Source of the DNA: an uncultured Bacteroidia bacterium
GTDB lineage: Bacteria; Bacteroidota; Bacteroidia; J057; CALLMJ01
DNA: 64,000 bases
Reading direction: 5' to 3'
Assembly (NCBI GenBank): GCA_964493765.1
Contig: CAZBPK010000022.1
Span: 9,958-73,957 of the forward strand
Part shown: piece by piece, positions 58,687 to 64,000 of the stretch
How the letters are laid out: each line of letters opens with the position of its first letter
How positions within the stretch are numbered: the stretch's first letter is position 1
The notes under the pieces: generated by a model
The model's database searches: none
Told to the model about the DNA's origin: nothing
The model's input: the letters and a program-made list of their open reading frames with translations, nothing else
Translations under genes and position numbers: made by a program

Positions 58687-60561
58687 ATGCAAAAAAATGT
58701 TGGTAATTCTTTAATTCACCACCTTCTATTTTTCGTTTTATTTTTTATTTCTTCAGGATGTTCTCATGCTGAACCCTGCTACTCATGTCCTGAATATATT
58801 GAACAAAAAATTTATTACGAAAAAAAATATCCCTTCATAAGATACCATTACAACATTTTTCAATGGTCTGATTATAAAGCGATAGAACCTATGGTTCAGT
58901 CTATGAAAAATATTGGTTCCCGAAAACTTAAAGTTATTCATTTTGGGGATTCTCACGTTCAAGCAGATATATTTACTCACGAAATAAGGACTAGATTACA
59001 AAAAGTTTTTGGGGAAGGGGGGAGAGGAATGGTTTTCCCTTACTCTGCAGCAAGAACACATCCCGGCTCCGATTATACTACAACTTTTACGGGTCTTTGG
59101 GAAAGTGCGAAAAATGTCCAGTTTCAACCCAAATTAGATATTGGAATTTCTGGTGTTACCATCAAAACCTTAGATAAAAAAGCTACTTTCACCATTCGTT
59201 TTGCTCCTAATCCTCAACATGCAAATAATAGAATTTTAAAAATTTACCGAAAATATTCAGAAAATAGTTTTGATTTAAAGATTTTACCTAGTGGAGTTCA
59301 ACAATCAGCTATTTATGTCAATACAAAATTAAATCCTGACAAGCCTTACGTAGAAGTAGAATTACCTAAAGCTAGTGATAATCTAACTTTTTATATCTAT
59401 CAATCTGAAAAAAATCAAACTTTTTTTGAGTGTCATGGTATATCCTTTGAAACTCCTGAAAATCAAGGAATTTTATACCATAGTGTTGGAATCAATGGAG
59501 CAGGATTTTTAAGTATTTTAAGGCAAAACCTCATGGACCAACAAATTGCAGAAATGCAACCTGATATTCTGGTTATTGATTTAGGTGGCAACGATTATTA
59601 TGCAGGGATTAATGAACCCATGTATGAATATAATTTAAGAGCCATTATTAACCGATTTAAAAATGCAGCACCCAATTCTACAGTCATTATTTCATGCTCT
59701 CATGATCTTTACAGAGGTGGTTTAAGCATTCCAGAAGTTGGTAAGGCTCAGGCTATTGCTAAACGAGTAGCTTTTGATACCCAATCTGTTTTTTTTGATT
59801 ATTATAACGTTTCTGGTGGTCGTTATTCTATGTTAGAATGGCATAAAAATAACCTTAGCCAATGGGATAGAGTGCATCTGAATTTTCCTGGTTATAAACT
59901 TAGAGGTGAACTTTACGCTAATGCTTATCTGAATACTTACCATCAAATCTTACTCAACGGAATTTTTGATAAATCCGATTTGAGTTTGATTGTAATAAAT
60001 AAAGAAGAACCCCAAAAAATTCCAACAGCTTTAGTAGAAAACACGCATTCTCATAAAAAAGATGAAAATAAAATAGAAAAAAAAGTACCTGTTAAAGCTT
60101 GGCATAGAGTAAACAAAGGAGAATATTTATCCACATTAGCAGATAAATATGAAGTTTCTGTCTCTGATATTCAAAAATGGAATTTAATTAGAGGGAACAC
60201 CATTTATGCAGGTCAGTATTTAACGATTTATACCGATTCTAGCTTAGTACCTAAAAAACAGATTATTCAAATAATAGTACCTCTAAGCACTAAAAATCAA
60301 CAAGTACATGTTTCAAATAATCCCAAAAACACTACCTTAAAACCTCAGAATAACCAAATATCTTCAAACTCTTCTAATCAAAACTCCATCAAACCTCTGA
60401 ATAATACAAATACCCAAACTTCTAAAAAGTACACCGTAAAAAGTGGTGATAATTTATGGCTTATTGCAAAAAAACATCATACTTCTGTAGAAAAACTATT
60501 GAAACTCAATCCGGGAAAAGATAAAAAATTAATGCCCGGTGATATTCTTAATTTGCCTTAA
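58687..60561 (+). CDS. SGNH/GDSL-type hydrolase/acyltransferase lipoprotein with two C-terminal LysM domains
   Basis: Lipobox LFFVLFFISSGC-S from ATG 58687 (the track start at 58651 is TTG). Block I HFGDSHVQ, then LGGNDY. Two LysM motifs: HRVNKGEYLSTLADKYEVSVSDIQKWNL and YTVKSGDNLWLIAKKHHTSVEKLLKLNP. Confidence 0.75.
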   Translation: MQKNVGNSLIHHLLFFVLFFISSGCSHAEPCYSCPEYIEQKIYYEKKYPFIRYHYNIFQWSDYKAIEPMVQSMKNIGSRKLKVIHFGDSHVQADIFTHEIRTRLQKVFGEGGRGMVFPYSAARTHPGSDYTTTFTGLWESAKNVQFQPKLDIGISGVTIKTLDKKATFTIRFAPNPQHANNRILKIYRKYSENSFDLKILPSGVQQSAIYVNTKLNPDKPYVEVELPKASDNLTFYIYQSEKNQTFFECHGISFETPENQGILYHSVGINGAGFLSILRQNLMDQQIAEMQPDILVIDLGGNDYYAGINEPMYEYNLRAIINRFKNAAPNSTVIISCSHDLYRGGLSIPEVGKAQAIAKRVAFDTQSVFFDYYNVSGGRYSMLEWHKNNLSQWDRVHLNFPGYKLRGELYANAYLNTYHQILLNGIFDKSDLSLIVINKEEPQKIPTALVENTHSHKKDENKIEKKVPVKAWHRVNKGEYLSTLADKYEVSVSDIQKWNLIRGNTIYAGQYLTIYTDSSLVPKKQIIQIIVPLSTKNQQVHVSNNPKNTTLKPQNNQISSNSSNQNSIKPLNNTNTQTSKKYTVKSGDNLWLIAKKHHTSVEKLLKLNPGKDKKLMPGDILNLP

Positions 60562-60567
60562 TTCAAA

Positions 60568-62040
60568 ATGGACTTTTGGAAATTTTTTACATATTCAACG
60601 GAGTACTTACCTACATTTACATCTGGCATTTTTGCCATTTTTTTTGTCTTTTTTTATTTGATTTGGTCTATTACTCAACACCAAATCAAATTAAGAAATA
60701 TTGTTTTATTGGTTTTTAGTTTATATATTTATTATAAACTAGCGAACGAATTTGTTCTCCTTTTAATATTATATGCTATAATTGATTATTTTATTGCCTT
60801 ACAAATTCATAAAGAAAAAAAGGATAGCCTCAAAAAACTTTTGCTTTATACAAGTATTATTGTAAATATTAGTATCTTGTTTGTTTTCAAATACTTAGGA
60901 TTTACTCTTCAAACTTGGAATCTTTGGACAGGTCAAGAGATTTTTATTCCGCAAATTATAGTACCTTTAGGAATTTCTTTTTGGATTTTCAGAAGTCTTT
61001 CTTATATTTTTGATGTTTACAATGAAATGATTGAAGAACCCGAAACCAATTATTTTCATTACCTACTCTATTTAAGCTACTTCCCAACCATTTTAGCAGG
61101 TCCTATTAGTAAAGCAGAACCTTTTTTGAAACAAATTAAAAATAATACCCAAGTGGACGACAAAATCATTAGTTTGGGTTATTGGTTAATCATTTGTGGA
61201 CTAGCAAAAAAAATAATTTTATCAGACCCAATGGGTTCTAATTTTGTTCAAAGAATTTTTGAAAATCCTGGTTTTTATACAGGTTTAGAATCACTATTGG
61301 CGGCTTTCGCTTATGGATTTTATTTATATTATGATTTTTCTGGTTATACCGATATGGCAATCGGAATGAGTTTGTTAGTAGGTATTCAAATTCCACAAAA
61401 TTTTAACGAACCCTTTAAATCTCAATCTATTACAGAATTTTGGAGACGTTGGCATATTACTTTATTTCAGTGGTTTAACGACTATGTTTTTACACCCTTA
61501 AATTTTTCATTAAGAAGTTGGGGTAAATCTGCTGCAATTTTTAGCATGATGGTAACATTTTTATTATCAGGGATTTGGCATGGAGCTAATTTTACATTTA
61601 TCGTTTGGGGGCTTTTACATGGAATTGCTATTAGCTATGAAATTGCAACTCAAAAATTTCGTATCACTTTAAAAAATTTCTGGGGTCCACATTTTCATAC
61701 CATTTTCAGCATTTTGATTACTTATACCTTTCTTACTTTTACATTTTTCTTTTTCAATTCCCCTTCATTGGAAAGCACTTTCAAAATGTTTGATAGAATC
61801 TTGAATGATTTTCATGCAGAATTATTTATGAAGTGGTACGATGAATACCAATTGGTAGCTCATATTTTGCTGGCTGGTATGATTTTACATTTTATTCCAA
61901 CCTCATGGAAACAATTTTTTGAATCACAATTTATAGTTTTACATTGGAGCTTAAAAATTGTGGTGATAGTGATAATGGTAATAGTGATTTATCAATTTAA
62001 AACCTTGGGTTCTATACCTTTTGTTTATTTACAGTTTTAG
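60568..62040 (+). CDS. MBOAT family membrane O-acyltransferase (AlgI/PatA/DltB-like)
   Basis: Multi-pass membrane protein with the conserved FWRRWHITL and the catalytic-His region SGIWHGANFTFIVWGLLHG. Starts 6 nt after the SGNH-LysM gene. Confidence 0.88.
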   Translation: MDFWKFFTYSTEYLPTFTSGIFAIFFVFFYLIWSITQHQIKLRNIVLLVFSLYIYYKLANEFVLLLILYAIIDYFIALQIHKEKKDSLKKLLLYTSIIVNISILFVFKYLGFTLQTWNLWTGQEIFIPQIIVPLGISFWIFRSLSYIFDVYNEMIEEPETNYFHYLLYLSYFPTILAGPISKAEPFLKQIKNNTQVDDKIISLGYWLIICGLAKKIILSDPMGSNFVQRIFENPGFYTGLESLLAAFAYGFYLYYDFSGYTDMAIGMSLLVGIQIPQNFNEPFKSQSITEFWRRWHITLFQWFNDYVFTPLNFSLRSWGKSAAIFSMMVTFLLSGIWHGANFTFIVWGLLHGIAISYEIATQKFRITLKNFWGPHFHTIFSILITYTFLTFTFFFFNSPSLESTFKMFDRILNDFHAELFMKWYDEYQLVAHILLAGMILHFIPTSWKQFFESQFIVLHWSLKIVVIVIMVIVIYQFKTLGSIPFVYLQF

Positions 62041-62045
62041 GTTCA

Positions 62046-62176
62046 TTTGGGCGTGCCCCTTGCTACGCTGCGGGTCGGGCTGCTACGGGTTCCACTTCGT
62101 TCCAGCAATCCTTTTTCCACTTTTTTCAAAAGCGTTAAAAGGCAGTGCCACTTCGTGCCCTTCGCATCCCTCACGC
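62046..62176 (+). repeat. GC-rich REP/MITE-like intergenic repeat, copy 5
   Basis: tttgggcgtgccccttgctacgctgcgggtcgggctgctacgggttccacttcgttccagcaatcctttttccacttttttcaaaagcgttaaaaggcagtgccacttcgtgcccttcgcatccctcacgc. Confidence 0.9.
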
Positions 62177-62314
62177 AAATCCCTCACTTTGTAAAGCATT
62201 GTCATATATTATCACAAAAATAAAACATATCAAGCGTTTATTGAAACAGTAATGACCTTGATTTCTAATACAAAGAGCAATTCTCTTGTACATTTTTACG
62301 AAATTCATAAAAAA

Positions 62315-62345
62315 AGCCTATCAATTTATCATGATAGGCTTTTTT
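62315..62345. terminator. Bidirectional rho-independent terminator
   Basis: aaaaaAGCCTATCA-atttatca-TGATAGGCTttttt between the convergent MBOAT and aminopeptidase genes. Confidence 0.7.
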
Positions 62346-62361
62346 AATTTCTCTTTAACCT

Positions 62362-64000
62362 TTAAAAGTTTTCAAGCATCTTTTTTACTTGACCATTTTT
62401 TTCTTTATCCTTTAATGATTTGATAAAATCTTTAATTTCGGGTTTATCTTTAAAAACTCCTAAACTTCTAATAGCACCTAATCTTAACCACCATGTACCA
62501 TTGTTTTCTGCAATATTTTTGAGTAAATCGATACCCTTAGTTTGTGTTTCTTGATTTTGCCCAGACAAATATCCAGAGAATTTTTGGAGTAACCCAAATT
62601 TTTCAAAACCATCTTCCATTTTATTGAAGATATTCGATACAAAATCAAATGCTTCTGGCTTGTTTTCGTCCATTAAAATTTCGGCAACAGAGCTTTGGAT
62701 TTTTAAGGAACGAATATTTTTCAATTTATCTACTTGTTTGATAGTAAGCTCAGGATCAATTGCATAAAGAGAACCTAGTGCTGAAGCTACTACTGAATAG
62801 CTACTATCATTGGTTGCAGCCACAAATAAGCTTTTGCATTGGTCTTTTGTATTTTGAGGCACTTCCATAGTTGCAACTGTACCCAATAAATCTACTGTAG
62901 CACTTCTAACACGTGATTTAGGGTCACTCTTTGCTAATTTCATAAGTTTTTCAATAATTTTAGTTTGATTAACTTTATTTGAAGAACCAAATGCTTCCAC
63001 TGCAATTACTCTAACTCCATCAAAAGGATGATCTAAAAGTTTTAAATAAGCTTCTATTACATCATCATCATCCATATTCAATTTTAAATAACTATCAGCC
63101 TCTACAATTTGTTTATAATTATCAGCATTAGAAATTTGATATATCCAATAAGACTTATCTTTTTGAGATTTTGGTTTGGCAATCAGAACTTTATCAGGGT
63201 CAAAATCTACATTTAAAGGATTTTGGGACAATGAAAATTCAAAAGTAGTATCCGCAGTAGAAAGAACAACAGGAAAATTTACTTTTTGATTAGGGTAGGA
63301 AACTTGAATTTTTGTAGGAATATAGTAAATAGGAGTATATTTAGGGTTTTGTTTTTGTTGAACTTGAACTTTCAATTTTTTGGTATCAGGGTTATAATTG
63401 TAATTAATAGAAAGTTCTGCATGTCCAGCTTCCATAAAGTATTGGTTAAAGAACCACATCAAATCTTGCCCTGTAACATCTTCAAAAGCCATTCTTAGTT
63501 CTGCAATTTCTACATCTGTAAAAGCATTTTTTTTCAAATATTGTTTAATTCCTTCAAAGAAAGCTTCATCTCCAATAGTATTTCTTAACAAGTGTAAGAC
63601 TCTACCACCTTTTTGATAGGAATGCCCGTCGAACATATCTTCACGAGATTTATAATAGTAGCGAATTAAGGGTTCTCTTTTTTGAGAAGCTTCTGCTAAA
63701 TAAGTGGATAAATCATTTTCCAGACCTTCATCAGCCATCCATTTACCATATTTGTATTCATTCCATAAATATTCACCATAAGTAGCAAAACTTTCATTTA
63801 GTGGTAAATTAGCCCAAGATTCACAAGTAACTAAGTCTCCAAACCAATGGTGAAACAATTCATGTGCAATAATATCTTCATGAGTGTTATCTAAATGAGA
63901 ACGGTCATCATGTTGTAAAGCACCATAATGAATTGTAGCAGTAGTATTTTCCATAGCACCAGAAACAAAGTCTCTTACAACCACCTGAGAGTATTTTTCC
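62362..64000 (-). CDS. pepN: M1 family aminopeptidase (aminopeptidase N-like) with a C-terminal HEAT-like repeat region; 5' end beyond window
   Basis: GAMEN exopeptidase motif and HELFHHWFGDLVT...NESFATYGE (HExxH-x18-E). The frame stays open to the window edge at 64000. Confidence 0.88.
   Translation of the reverse strand, partial: EKYSQVVVRDFVSGAMENTTATIHYGALQHDDRSHLDNTHEDIIAHELFHHWFGDLVTCESWANLPLNESFATYGEYLWNEYKYGKWMADEGLENDLSTYLAEASQKREPLIRYYYKSREDMFDGHSYQKGGRVLHLLRNTIGDEAFFEGIKQYLKKNAFTDVEIAELRMAFEDVTGQDLMWFFNQYFMEAGHAELSINYNYNPDTKKLKVQVQQKQNPKYTPIYYIPTKIQVSYPNQKVNFPVVLSTADTTFEFSLSQNPLNVDFDPDKVLIAKPKSQKDKSYWIYQISNADNYKQIVEADSYLKLNMDDDDVIEAYLKLLDHPFDGVRVIAVEAFGSSNKVNQTKIIEKLMKLAKSDPKSRVRSATVDLLGTVATMEVPQNTKDQCKSLFVAATNDSSYSVVASALGSLYAIDPELTIKQVDKLKNIRSLKIQSSVAEILMDENKPEAFDFVSNIFNKMEDGFEKFGLLQKFSGYLSGQNQETQTKGIDLLKNIAENNGTWWLRLGAIRSLGVFKDKPEIKDFIKSLKDKEKNGQVKKMLENF

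Overview
This is an AT-rich chromosomal window that looks Bacteroidota-type. The evidence is a GldB-like gliding lipoprotein, TAnnTTTG-type -7 boxes, an isolated atpDC pair and a DUF4159/TPR cluster. Most of it is housekeeping: ispG (partial), nifU-like, nuoG-like, rsmA, tRNA-Pro(GGG), hmgA, dxs, atpD/atpC, two glycosyltransferases, gldB-like, acyl-CoA carboxyltransferase, yebC, an aldehyde dehydrogenase, a ceramidase-like gene, a dihaem cytochrome c plus porin, an ABC transporter, fused IcmF-type mutase, two trans-sulfuration PLP enzymes, a SpoIIE-phosphatase sensor, an FKBP, an SGNH-LysM/MBOAT pair and an M1 aminopeptidase (partial). Six things stand out. (1) A compact, autonomously oriented two-gene cassette at 28.4-30.0 kb pairs a minimal ABC/AAA_21-like ATPase with a 182-aa protein carrying a D...ExK (PD-(D/E)xK-like) motif. 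This is my best candidate for an uncharacterised defence or abortive-infection module. (2) A decaying defence islet at 47.0-50.65 kb sits between two paralogous PLP enzymes. It holds a type II REase with an in-frame TAA, an intact beta-class SPPY methyltransferase, a PIN-domain remnant, a GC-rich structured spacer and a frameshifted, 3'-truncated Mrr-nuclease/SF2-helicase (type ISP-like) gene. (3) A second remnant of that helicase-methylase family lies at 2.2-2.6 kb in inverted orientation. (4) Five co-oriented copies of a GC-rich 100-131 bp REP/MITE-like repeat are present. One supplies a false start codon and one sits in frame inside a porin signal-peptide region. (5) A 2.7-kb surface repeat-protein gene built of about 370-bp near-identical tandem units is broken by one nonsense and one 1-nt frameshift lesion. 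(6) A secreted ankyrin protein carries a DnaJ-type zinc-finger domain. I saw no rRNA, CRISPR array, transposase or integrase. All calls come from reading the sequence and ORF translations by eye; no searches were run.
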